In this document: one piece after another, positions 1-11,367 of the stretch
How the letters are laid out: each line of letters opens with the position of its first letter
How positions within the stretch are numbered: the first letter of the stretch is position 1
Origin: Eukaryota sp. TZLM1-RC
Lineage: Eukaryota > Protista > Metamonada: BaSk clade
Length of the DNA stretch: 64,000 nucleotides
Assembly: GCA_040285825.1 (NCBI GenBank)
Contig: JAUPSS010000010.1
Span: 372,001-436,000 of the forward strand
Direction of reading: 5' to 3'
The notes under the pieces: model-generated
Databases searched by the model: none
Told to the model about the DNA's origin: nothing
Seen by the model: the letters and a program-made list of their open reading frames with translations, nothing else
Position numbers and translations under genes: made by a program

Positions 1-104
1 AATGTACAGGAAATACCACCAAAAACACTAGGTCATTTGAAATATTTTTGAAATATTGTGTTGAAAAATTGCAGCAAAAATTAACAATAATTTTTGAAGG
101 CACG

Positions 105-436
105 TGTTGGGTTTTTACTGCACTTGTGAAAAGCATAATATACGAGGACATGAGTTTATTAATGCGAACAAGGAAAATCATCGGATAAATATACAATTAA
201 TTAATTAAATCAATAACACGTCATCACTGAACTAACTACAGTAAACGGTTTAATTAGTCTGGTCCCGACTGATTTCCATAGTAGTTTTGAAGTCGACCAT
301 ATAACTGTAACTGTGGGCCCGACTAAATTAAATCCCTACTATGTTCCATTTATTTCTATTAGTTTGGACCAGACTAATTCATCATGTAGTAAATTAGTCA
401 GGATTACTATGAGATTACTATGGCCATATGCCAACA
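105..436 (-). repeat. 3' LTR of a Ty3/Gypsy element (family D, 332 bp)
   Basis: Perfect TGTTGG...CCAACA termini. Preceded on the minus strand by the polypurine tract GGGAAGAAAAAAAGAGGAAG (437-456) and the end of an integrase ORF. Confidence 0.75.
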
Positions 437-1900
437 CTTCCTCTTTTTTTCTTCCCACGGGTTTTCTTCCTAGGAACATCTTCGTGGAGCAGCATGAATC
501 GTTTGTAGGCAGCGGTATTCTTGATTGAGTCTACTGGCTGTACAGTGCTGGTCCCGTCTGACCAGATTATAGTAGCTTCATTGTTTTCGATAGAATCAAT
601 GGCATCTATGACATGCTCTCCTTTATCAGCGGCGACGTAGGAATCGAGAATTTCTGTAGGCAAGAAGAAAGTACAGGGTTTTACTAGGTGGAAAGAGGTC
701 TTAAGTAAGTTCTTAGTGATGGGATTCTTCACTAGGATGGAGGAGTTGGTGAGTTGTTGTTCAACAATAAGGTCCTACAAAGTGGCCCTGAAGTTTGGCT
801 GGTTTGTTTCGGAGGACGAACACACAATCACCAGGATCAAACATACTAGTTAGAAGGGCACTAGGTTCAAGGGCATACGAATCAAGTTCGATCCTATTCC
901 AGAAATCGGTAAGAGCTTGAGTCAAGGAAGAAAGATGAACAAGGTAATCGGAAAGGTCTGGTTGATTAACAGGAGACTTGAGAGCTTCAAGCATCTCATA
1001 AGAAAGAAGTCGAGGAGAAGTATTTGTACCGGAGAGGTTCCAAGAGATTTCCTAGGGTGAGAGTTTACGATCAGCAAACAGATTGGTATATAATCTGACC
1101 AGTTCTGCAAAGTCAAGGAATAGTTTTCTCAAAGCTTGTAAAATAGTTCGATGCTGTCTTTCAACAAATTTGATTGATGGAAATGAGGTATATACAAAAT
1201 GTGCTCATTGTTAAGAAATTGGCATAAGAGAGAAAAGATCTTATTTGAAAATTTGGGTCCATTATCAGAATGAATCGAGCGAGGGGCTCCAAAGACGGAG
1301 AAGACGTGAGAGAAAATAGAATTAACCACAGTAAGAGCGGTTATGTCAGCAACAGGGACGAGGAATGAGAATTTCGAGAAAGCGTCTACAAAGTGAATGA
1401 CATACTTGTTAGCATAAGAGTCAACAGAGAGCGGACCGATAGTATTACAATAAAGACACTCAAAGAAGCGTTTCACTGAGTTGAGAGAGCCAGTAGAAAG
1501 GACATTGTTCTTAGGAATTGGAGTAGTTTTCTGACAAGGGATACATTCACTAATGTGAGAGATTAGGTCAGCCTTCATATCAGGCCAATGAAAGTCAAAA
1601 GCTTTTAATTTCTTCTACAGGAGGATGACCAGCTTTTACAGAATTATGAGCGAGAAGCAAAATTTCAGGACGGAGAGACAGAGGAATCAAGATCTTTGGC
1701 TGGAAGGAATTTAACATTTTTAAGCCGGTACTTCGGTGAACATAACAGTCAGCAAATAAAGAGTCGGAGTTAGACAGCTTCTGTTGTTCCTTCAAGATTA
1801 TGCTTAGGAACTTTAAACAAAGAGATGCATTCTGGTTGGATAGAAAAAACTTAGAGGATTTGGACTGTTGGGATTTAGAAGTGGCAGCAACCACACGAAA
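418..1900 (-). pseudogene. Fragmented Ty3/Gypsy integrase with GPY/F motif and chromodomain-like C-terminus
   Basis: ORFs 1595-2056, 1129-1578, 922-1116, 761-994 and 418-732 give H..GH / C-x2-C zinc finger, VDAFSK, HSDNG, WSDYIP, GPY and EHVIDAI..IIW motifs, broken by frameshifts. Confidence 0.85.
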
Positions 1901-2057
1901 GGCAGTTTCTATGTCGATATCAGGAGAACTGGATACTTCGATGATTTCTTCGGTAATTCTAAGATCACGAGGAGGAGGCGAAGAATCTGATTGACCAAAT
2001 TGACTTCGTAGAAATTGTCGCTGGTTGACAAATTCAGGGAACCATCGTTTCAGCATT

Positions 2058-3940
2058 TCAAAACGAAAAAAGGAAGCTCAATAACAAAGGAGGTATGAAG
2101 AAATTTTTTTCCTTCGCTGTCGTGATAAACAAAGCCACTATAGCGATAGGTGTCTCCATAGGTTCATTTTGTTGATCACCTTGAGGCTCAATACTCAAAG
2201 ATAAAAAAACAGTGTCTGTGTCGATAGGGTCAGGCTCAGTCGTTCTCAATTCAGGGGATTCGTGTTCAATTGTAATAAAACTAGTGATTTCATCGTCTCT
2301 TCTGACCCATAACACCGAACTAGTATTGGTGACGTTTTTACTCTCTTGGATGTTCATTAAAGCCTTTCTCAAAGGCCTGTTTCTTCTGTGCTTTGAAACC
2401 AAAATAGAAAGCTGCTTTTTCAGGTCTCCTGTGCTCTAAATCAAAGTAGAAAGCTGTATCATCAGGGTTCCTGTCCTGCAGATACAGTCTTTGGTAGTCG
2501 GTGTTGTGGGTGTACCACCAACCCGTTCTGAAGTCTTTATTCATATAAATATCAAGAGATGCGTGGTAGCGGGCTAAACCTAGGAAAGGGACAAGGGTTG
2601 CATCTATTCAAGAATAGATTTAGTTCATCACCGGTGAACCTTCTCTGAACCCCTTCATGGGGGAGTCCTAAAATGACTCAACACATCAGGTTGGGGATAG
2701 GATGGTTGTGGATCGCATCGCACAATGTGGTTATCAACTTCTTCAGTGGGAAAGTAAAATCCAAATCTTCTTCTAATCATTTCTCCATAATCATTGGTAA
2801 CTTCGGGTTTCCAGAAGGGAGGAAGTTCAGCAATCAATTTATTTGCTGAGATAGAAGAGAGATCTCCTTCCATGATTTCAACTCCCATGTTGATATACTG
2901 ACGTTGGATGTCAGACATGGGTTAATTTCTTGCAAAAGGAGAGTCCATGTCCTGCTAAGTACTGGGCTGTTGATAAATAATTGGCTGGGAAGCACAAATT
3001 ATACGCTCAGAAAGAGGAATGGAGGAAGTCTGTTGGACTTGCTGAAGAGTCTGACCAAAGACTGGAAAAGGTACCATGATTGAAACTTCCGAAGAAGGAG
3101 CAGGTACGCTTGGACTTGGTTGCTTTACTGAAGAAGAAACCTCCACTGCAAATACTTCCGAAGAAATTGCTAGAGTGTTTGTTATATGAGCAGGAATTTC
3201 AGAGAAAGAGGGAGTCTCTACCATTGGCTGAGAAATTTGCTGAGAATTTTCTGCGGGTACTTCCAAAAAGGAAGTAGAAGGCGGTTGTTGTGTTTTTCCA
3301 GAACTTCCGAAAAGGGAGGAGTTTGGGTTTCTTCTTCAGGAACTTCCGAAAAGGAGTGGGAGATACATCTGGGGCGCAAACTATGGGAGAAAAGGGGGGC
3401 TCTATAAGCTTACCTTTCAACAAGTTAGAAATCTTGTTGCTGGCTGAGTCAAGGTCAATCTCTTCTATAATGTACTTCAGATACTTATCTAAAATATAAA
3501 AATCTTTGAACCCTTTCATGTTTTCCTCGTTCTTACTCTCAGATCCCGGGGGAGGAGAAGAGAGGAGCAAAAAAATCAAGATCAGGAATAACAGGGAGAT
3601 TGATAGGAACTACAGGAACATCCGAAGATGGAGTAGTATCCCGAATCTGTGGGTGAGGGGAAATAACACTTCCCTCGCCAGAAGAGGGTGGTTTTGTTCC
3701 CAATTAAGCAGTTTGAAAGGAAAAACTCATTAAACTGGGTGACTTGACGGTTTCTCCAGAAGAAGGCGTCAACGTAGAAGGAGGAGAAGTATAACTTCCC
3801 TCGGACCAAGTTATATCAGGGTGTTTTGTTTCCGACTGAAGAGTTTGGCAGGAGGAACTCAGGTCTTGAGCTGGAGGAGGATCAGTCCTACCGAACCCGG
3901 ATGCATCTTTGTAACCCACTCAAGTGGATCCAATAGCTAC
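2058..3940 (-). mobile_element. Decayed 5' internal region (leader and long P/S/E-rich gag-upstream ORFs) of a family-A-like Gypsy element
   Basis: Directly follows the LTR at 3941-4107. Low-complexity P/S/Q/E ORFs resemble in composition those at 42164-43603. Confidence 0.55.
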
Positions 3941-4107
3941 TGATGATCTGTGTGGGTTAGACTTAAGTATACTTTAAAGAAGTAATGAGATTTATTACAA
4001 AGGAAAAAATGTTTCCATCGACTTAAGCGCCAGAGCGCAATTGTACTATAAACTAGAATAAACTAAACTATTTACAATCCAGCTATAAATATTTTTCAAG
4101 GCTAACA
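3941..4107 (-). repeat. 5' LTR (167 bp), family A
   Basis: Minus strand reads TGTTAGCCTTG...CAGATCATCA and is homologous to the LTR at 20971-21125. Confidence 0.85.
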
Positions 4108-4497
4108 CCTACAATTCAAATGTTCCAAATTCATTGGGTTATTAAGGTTTTACATTTTCTATGATGAGAACCCTCTGATAACGGTTCGTACTCTCCAGAA
4201 CGCAAAGGAACTATATAACATTAACCATATAGTTCCCTAAATTGTGATTAATTGATAGCAAAACAATGTTTTTTGGTCCCATTTTGAGTAGCGCGAAAAA
4301 CCGTGGAAGAATATATTAAGAATCCAACTTAAAAGAGAAAGTGTGAAAGTTGAGGACATCAACAAAATTAGATAAGGGTGGATGTTAGATGTTTGTACAT
4401 GATCTATGTGCAAACATGTGACCTGGAATAACACACAAGTATATCATCACACATGATCAATGTTAGAATTACTGAACTATCTGGACCAAACTGAACC

Positions 4498-4960
4498 ACT
4501 GTCAAGTGCCAAATAGAGCCCTGGCTCTATCAGATAGCCCTCAAAAATCACTTATAGGCTCTATTTGGCTGAACTCTATCATAGAGCCCGTGAAGAAAAG
4601 GGCTCTATTTGGCCCAACATTCAACCTAAAGCCCGCGTTGAAAACGAACTAGTAAACATTTCATTTTAAATTAAATTAAAAACAGACTAAAAAACTATCT
4701 CAAGAACTACAACTACATTTATGCTACAATGTCCTCTGTAGTTCTGTGGGAACGAGAAGCCATGGAGAAAAAGATTGTAGAGGTAAATAAAAGAATGAGA
4801 TTTAGAGTTTATGACAACAATACACATTTTGGTTCACGTTCGAAGAAAAAATTACACACAAATAATGTAAATATTGGACAGAAATCAGTTATGGGTTCTA
4901 TTTGGCGGGGCCCTATTGTAGAGCCTCAGGGGGGTAGGCCTCCATTTGGCACTTGACAGT
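4498..4960. mobile_element. MITE / non-autonomous DNA transposon (463 bp)
   Basis: Perfect 17-bp terminal inverted repeats ACTGTCAAGTGCCAAAT / ATTTGGCACTTGACAGT, about 7 internal subterminal ATAGAGCC/GGCTCTAT motifs in both orientations, no clear TSD. Confidence 0.7.
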
Positions 4961-5069
4961 AGTTTGGCGTACATGCGGAATTTTCAAAACACTGTTGAAT
5001 TCTTTAACACTGCACATAATTAGTTCCCTTTTATCAAGTCTGTTTTTACTTGACTACATCACAACATTC

Positions 5070-6356
5070 ATGACAAGGTCAATCAATCAACGCTCTTGTC
5101 CATTTCCCTTTTCCAGAAAAGGGTTGTTGTTGTTCTTGTTCAGTTGTCCACGGATCCCCCTACATTACAGAATCCATAATCTGTTTCTTCGAGCATGTTG
5201 TTTTGGATCATTACTTTTGTTTCTACTTGTCCTGTTCTTTGTGTGCCAAATCCATTCTTCCTCCATTTTGTCCAATCATCGTTCTCTCCTTAATGGCGAA
5301 GAGTCTGGGGATTTTGTTCCTTCAAGTTATCAGATGATAGAGTTGAACCTATCTGGCACCGATGACATAAGCTTCACAGGTGCCGCGTTTGCCTCTTCTG
5401 AACGTCTTGTTGTTGTAGGTTTTAATCATCGTTTGAAGGATGATACAACTTTCAATTGTTCTATTCCTAATGCTCATTGTTTCTTTTTGAGAAAAAAGGG
5501 GGACTTGAAGCGGAATTTCCACCCTTTCGCTCTGCATTTTCAAGTCAATGTCACTGATCCTTCATTTATTACTGATGTTCTTGTCACTCCTTCTTCTGGA
5601 GTCCCTGCAACTGTCAAGGTCTTTCCTCACGTTCCCTTCAACTTTTCTGCATGTCTTCCTACAATGTTTAACATGAATCTTGACCGAGTAGCAGATTGGA
5701 TTAATTACTATGTCTCTGAACATAGACTACAATCTGCCACTCTATATGTGCGCAAAGATTTCACTTACAAGGATTTGAATTATTTAAAAAACTCAACTAT
5801 TGGTCATATCAATGTCACTATCGTTCAAGTACCTGATCTTTTTCACAACAACAAACAAGATTTTTTCTATCATGGTCAATACCAAGTAATAAATGACTGT
5901 TGGATGAGGTCTATGGGTTCAGAGTATGTTGTTTTTCAAGATTATGATGAATTTCTTACCTTTTCAGAGTCAGTTTCCTCATTTGAAGAGTTTTTTAACC
6001 CTGATATTGGAGCAATTACTTTTGGAAGTCAGTTCTACTCTGCTGAACATTGTATAGAAAACGACTCATCTCTTTTACCAACAGCAAGAATGCCAAAGTA
6101 TTTGGATCCTATGCCTGAATGTATTAATGAGGAGCTTGATAAATATGAATGTCGTGGACCTTTAGGTAGACGGAAATATATTATCAAACCCCAAATTGTG
6201 TCTCATTTGAATGTTCATTCCCCAGTTCTATTTAATAGAAAGTTCAAAACTCTTAATGTCAATGCCAAGGACGCTATCATTCGACACTATCGCGGGTTTA
6301 TAATTAATAATTTCCCTGTTTGTAGCAAGATCATTTCGAAAAACACTTTACTGTAA
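5070..6356 (+). CDS. Type II membrane glycosyltransferase, GT92/DUF23-like
   Basis: First ATG at 5070 within ORF 4953-6356. N-terminal TM segment, FSACL..., VADWINYY, Q..VINDC, YVVFQDYDEF (DxD), RKYII.P and IRHYR motifs typical of GT92. Confidence 0.75.
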   Translation: MTRSINQRSCPFPFSRKGLLLFLFSCPRIPLHYRIHNLFLRACCFGSLLLFLLVLFFVCQIHSSSILSNHRSLLNGEESGDFVPSSYQMIELNLSGTDDISFTGAAFASSERLVVVGFNHRLKDDTTFNCSIPNAHCFFLRKKGDLKRNFHPFALHFQVNVTDPSFITDVLVTPSSGVPATVKVFPHVPFNFSACLPTMFNMNLDRVADWINYYVSEHRLQSATLYVRKDFTYKDLNYLKNSTIGHINVTIVQVPDLFHNNKQDFFYHGQYQVINDCWMRSMGSEYVVFQDYDEFLTFSESVSSFEEFFNPDIGAITFGSQFYSAEHCIENDSSLLPTARMPKYLDPMPECINEELDKYECRGPLGRRKYIIKPQIVSHLNVHSPVLFNRKFKTLNVNAKDAIIRHYRGFIINNFPVCSKIISKNTLL

Positions 6357-6929
6357 TTTTTATTAATTTGTATTTTTTTGTCATGTTTCAATAAACTGCA
6401 ATGGAATATGCCATCCATTCACTTCACAGTATCAATCATTATTGACATCATAACAATATACAGGCTCAAAAATAGTGTGAAATTTAATTAATTCAAAATT
6501 TATCCCATTAACTAGCATTAAAGCTACAAAACCACTCACTTTGCTCTCATTTCTATACTGTTAATATTTGTAAAAATAATATCATTCGAGCATCATAGTC
6601 GAATGTATTTACAGAACAGTGTTGCGTTTCACACACGTGAACCAGATTTCTCAGAGTGCAGACACCTTTTTGTAGACAATTTAATAAAATACGTACAGAT
6701 TTTATGGCTTATTTAATGTCTGTTGATCCATCAATTTTGCAAAATCATGCTTTGGCTGATGTTCAACTTGGTGGTGTTGTTTTTTAATTCATCAAAGTAT
6801 TTGACCAAAGCTGCTTTCATTGGTAGTGGTGGAAACGTAAGTCAGTTGGGCAGTTTCACCCAGAGCAAAGGCGAGAGTACCAGAGACTAGTTGAAACTAA
6901 AACTGAGTTATTGTCAGCTGGGTGAATCA

Positions 6930-7430
6930 CATCTTCGATCCTTATTGATACATTTGAAATAAACAAATAGCATCATTGATGATTGAGTTTCCGTTTTTTC
7001 ACCATTAAGTTCAATTTTAATCAAGTCCAATAACATTTCCAATCCATTATGGGTTAATTCTAATTCTTTTAAATACATAAGACGACCACTTAATTTTTCA
7101 GTCCTTTTGATTAGGTTTTGATTAGGCGATGGAAATGGTTGATGAAGTAATGCAGGCTGTGAAGGCGACGGAGGTGAACCCGGGGAATTTCTTAGTTGAT
7201 CAAAGATGATGAGAAGCAGTTTCAACGGTTGTAACTAAAAAGGAAGTAAAAGCCGACACAACTAGTATGAAGACAGATGTAAATGCAAACAAAACAATGA
7301 CTGTGCCAACGCACAAGCGATTGAACGATGAGACCTGATGCAAACAGATTGAAAAAATTCTATTTATAGATTGAAAAGTCATAATCTGGATACTGAGGTT
7401 TTCACTTCTATCACATACTTGGAACCCTGG
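6930..7430 (-). pseudogene. Internally deleted copy of the 11368-13173 gene
   Basis: Peptides QIMTFQSIN..RLCVGTVIVLFAFTSVF, SPGSPPSPSQP and GRLMYLKELELTHNGLEMLLDL match the intact gene with about 700 bp missing between them. Confidence 0.85.
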
Positions 7431-8730
7431 AGTGAATAAAAAATTAATTTCACCATTATCTAAAAATGGAAAATACAATCCTGCCAGTAAACACGGTTGA
7501 AAATTCTTCCAGTTATTGACTTTATAACTACAACAAAATCCTCAAGGAAAGCCATAGCAGTCTTACCTAGCGATCCAAGCAAAGAAAAACCAAAGAAACA
7601 TAAACTATATTGGGCATGAGAATTTTCATTTACTGAGGAAATGGGTTTCGCATATTTAGCACTTACAAGGATCAATGGACATGGCGTCTAAAATAATAAA
7701 ACCACCATTCAAGCCAGGAACAAAAGGATCACCTCTTGTCAGACCCATAGAAGGTCTGTTGTAGTGGGTACTATCAATATTGAGGTTATCAAAAAATATT
7801 TTCGATAACATGTAGGTATCTCACTGGTGAGTGTGTAAGTAATTATATAGAATAGCATTAAATAAAATTATCTTCGTCCTAACCCGCCTTACACTTACAT
7901 CTATAGTAACAAACAGCTAACATACTGCCTAACGGCAACAAACAAAGGCTCTAAAAAGGAATCTACTCGATATGATTTACACATTACATAAATTTGGTCC
8001 CTGACATTATTATGCACTTTGCTCCTAAATGTAATGAATTGTTTACAGTTCCAAAAATGAGTAAACAAAAGAGGTTTACCTCATTTACATGTTAAATGAT
8101 TTGAGCAATTTTTTGGCCATAGAAAACAACGAAAACGCATGTGTAAAAACCAATCATTGTTTTTTGAACAGCACTTTATAAATACAGGGAACTCGATTAG
8201 CTAAATAAGGAGCAGAACAATTGCGTATATCTTTTAAAAATATTTCGAAAGCAGGATTTTCAGTTTTGGCCAAACCAAGTCTTAGTTTATGGTCCAAGCT
8301 TTCACATAATTTAACCAAATGTTGTTGAAGCTTTTTCAGGCAAAACCGTAAATTTGGGAGTAAACGATTAAGAACTTCTTGAACATTTTGAGGAAAACAC
8401 TGAATCCAGATATTACTAGGCAAATGATTTAATTCAAATTGAAAATGATTTAGGTATAAATCCACTTCACCATTGATCAGATGAATATCATAAGGAAACC
8501 TTTAAAAAATTTAAAAATAAAAGCGTTTCCTCAAAATGCTGCTTTACACAAAATCGAAACTTTAGTGAAACCAATTCCACTCAAATCAGCAGAACAAAAT
8601 ACATGAAAATCATAGAAGTCACTCACTTGAAATAAGTAAAACAGATACTTGGGACTACATATTTCATAGAATATCTTCTATCATAAATAATCCAACTCGT
8701 TATATCATTCTTTATTACACAAGCGCTGAA
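7430..8730 (-). mobile_element. Decayed RLE-type (CRE-like) non-LTR retrotransposon, family R2
   Basis: Homologous to 37640-38700: HLTCK..HF.NCK, HNNVRD, RGD.., MAFLEDFVVV..TGRIFNRVYWQ. Confidence 0.75.
7811..7940 (+). repeat. Solo LTR (130 bp) inserted in the RLE element, 4-bp TSD AACA
   Basis: TG...CA ends, AACA at 7807-7810 and 7941-7944. Removing it restores the EPLLSK-coding sequence. Its 3' end CTGCCTAACGGCAACA matches the array LTR end CTGCCTAACGGCATCA. Confidence 0.85.
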
Positions 8731-10152
8731 AAATAATTTCAATTAATAATTATACCAAGTAGCTGAACTATGTTTTGGGCAATTTCTTGATGTTTCTAAA
8801 TTTTCCAAAAAATTTGAAGAAAATTTTTTTTCAGGCAAAAATGAAGAGCGAAGAGGGTGTGTAGGAGAAATGGATGAAGAGGATCCAGACCGTTCCACAA
8901 TAGAACGACATTTAATTGATACGTTGTCATCCCAATCTTCAAAACCGACATCAACATCCATATTAGAACTCACAGGGACCGCAGGGAGTGAGCGGAGGAA
9001 CTTGGACAATGGAAAGGGAGGGACAGAAAAACATGTGGAGGAAAATGACGTTTCAAATTCTGAAAAAAGTGCAAAAGAAAATTTACTGGAACATAATTTG
9101 AAGAAAAATTAATCATTGATCCTCTCCAAGCTATTGCAAAACCAGCAAACAATCGTATCAAGCAAAGTTTGCAACAATTGTGGTGTTTCATTCAGAAAAA
9201 ATACAAAAGTTAAAATTGCAGATAGATGCTTGAAATATAGTATAGAAGACAATTAACACCCTCCCATGAAAATCCCTCAAGAAATACATTCATCGAAATG
9301 CAATGAAATGAGCTGAAATCAGAATGATAAATAAATGAATCTCACAGAATCAGGTCTCTTTTCAATTGAAAATGACTTCTACTTTTGGCTCACGTCGAAA
9401 TTCAATCGTTATTTGTTTGTTCTCGATGGCTGTAGAATTCATACATCAGACCAGTTAACAGAAGGGGTTTGAAAATGTTGTCTGTAGTGAATGATCTTGC
9501 TGTTGGCGCCCTAAGGCTTATATGATATGATTAGAAAATCAATCAACTTTTCCTCATTGTCTTTATCTTAACCCCACTTTTCCAACCTACGGCAGCATTG
9601 CCACATTACTGCTTTGCTATGAACCCCATCCAAATGTTTTTCTTTGTTTGGAGAAGAAAATTCAGAGACTATTCTTATGGTCAGGATATTGTATCCGGAA
9701 TTGATGTTGTTCATATTTGTATTCATCAGTTACGACGTCATGACTGTTGAGGTTATTTTAAACACTGTGTTCATACTGAATTTGGGTTTTTCTACTCTTC
9801 CTATCATGAAAAGACTCTCCATCGCTAGCTGGTTTAACTTAATTTCAAGGTTGTTTTTAAATACTATTGAATAATTTAAATGATTGAAACTTTATTCATA
9901 AGAGAAACAACTAAACATGACTCTCTACATTTCGAATCTTGTTTTGGTAAATTTTCTGAATCTTCAGTAGTTAATTGTTTCGTCCATGGGATGCAGATTT
10001 TGATGATGTGGAGCTTTATTTGTGTATTTGATGATTTTATTCGATAAATAGATAAAATTAAATTAAAGCAAAGTATTGTCATTGTCAGTATCTGAGAGAC
10101 CATTTTCATCAACAACAATGACGTCTTCGTCATCAACTTTCTCTTCCATCTC

Positions 10153-10480
10153 TTACACTACTGCATCAACAATCTCTCTCATAAAACATTCTTGATCTTC
10201 CTCTTCAACAACGTGAGACATCAAGTAACTAAGTTGGAAATAGTGTTCTGTATAGTAGTTTACAGCAAATGGTCTTGCTTTGTATGGAAGTTGAAGATTC
10301 ACAGATACGTACACAAGATCATTTTGTCTCTCTTGTGTCATTTTGTTTCTTGTTGATAATATAGGAGTACACACTCCAACATCTTTCACTCGCACCTTCT
10401 GCAACCACACAGCTTAATACTTTGATGGCCATTCGACACGATGACATGAATTACAACAAACCAGTCGGTCCTTGCGACGT
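10153..10480 (-). pseudogene. hAT transposase C-terminal dimerisation domain relic
   Basis: Minus-strand translation MAIKVLSCVVAEGASERCWSVYSYII (ATG at 10432), then after a frameshift RNKMTQERQNDLVYVSVNL, the standard hAT dimerisation motif. Confidence 0.8.
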
Positions 10481-10689
10481 CCACTCGGAGATAATGAAGC
10501 AGTTGTGGCAGTGTTAGGAGACTTTGTGACACCTATCCATGAACTCGAATCTAAGTTTGCGTCAAAGATATTCATTTGTCAAGGGAAAATAAAAAAATGG
10601 AAAAGAGATTATTGCTGCAAAGCAAACTGAAATAGAACTGAAAAAGTGTGTCTCATGCAACACTAGTAAAAAGTAAACTCTTATTAAAC

Positions 10690-11197
10690 TTACACACTTA
10701 ACAAAATAAAATCATAACTATTGGGACGAAATTCATTGAACTAAGATTTCATCTGCAAAATCTTGATCTGCTTATTGTCTAGCTAAAGCTTCTCCAATTC
10801 GATTGAAAAACCGGAGGTAATCTATTAATAATGGCAAATTGAATTTGAGAGCGCCATAAACAGATATCAAATCTTTTTATTGTTTTTTCTTGAACCATTT
10901 TTTGGAAATAATTCAAAAAAGTTCCTGCTTCTAGTGAAAGTCTTCCGTTTATAGGAAATGGGAAAGCAATAAAAACAAGTGGTCAATTTCTATCAGCATT
11001 AGCTTCCTCGATATCTTTGTCATATTTTCAACGTTTTTCTTTTGCTTTATAATCAAGAGCACTTACAGGATTAAGTTTTCTTCTGTGAACCAAAGTGTCG
11101 TTTGCAACATTACATGAGACAAAGTCAACAATAACTTCAGAATTATCAATCCAATCACAGTATACATCACCTCTATCATCAGAACCAAAATTATTAC
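10690..11197 (-). mobile_element. 3' fragment of RLE-type non-LTR element, family R1
   Basis: Reverse-complement homologue of 37110-37630 (NNFGSDDRGDVYCDWIDN..., same 3' UTR GTCCCAATAGTTATG). Confidence 0.85.
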
Positions 11198-11367
11198 ATT
11201 TAATAATTGATAATAATAATAATTTAAATTACTACAGAACTACAGAAAAATAGTACAGTTCTCAATCCAATCAAAAATAATTATATAATTCATCCTCATC
11301 AAATTTCAATATTATAATATTCAATGTAATATTCTATTTCAATTTCAAACCAAAATTTATTAAAACA

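Noticed and set aside
105-4107. One intact element bounded by two LTRs
   Set aside because: The two LTRs are unrelated (332-bp TGTTGG type vs 167-bp TGTTAG type) and RT/RNase H are absent, so this is a chimera of two remnants.
8743-9874. Short ORFs as host genes
   Set aside because: Overlapping, short and motif-free. Probably decayed repeat sequence.
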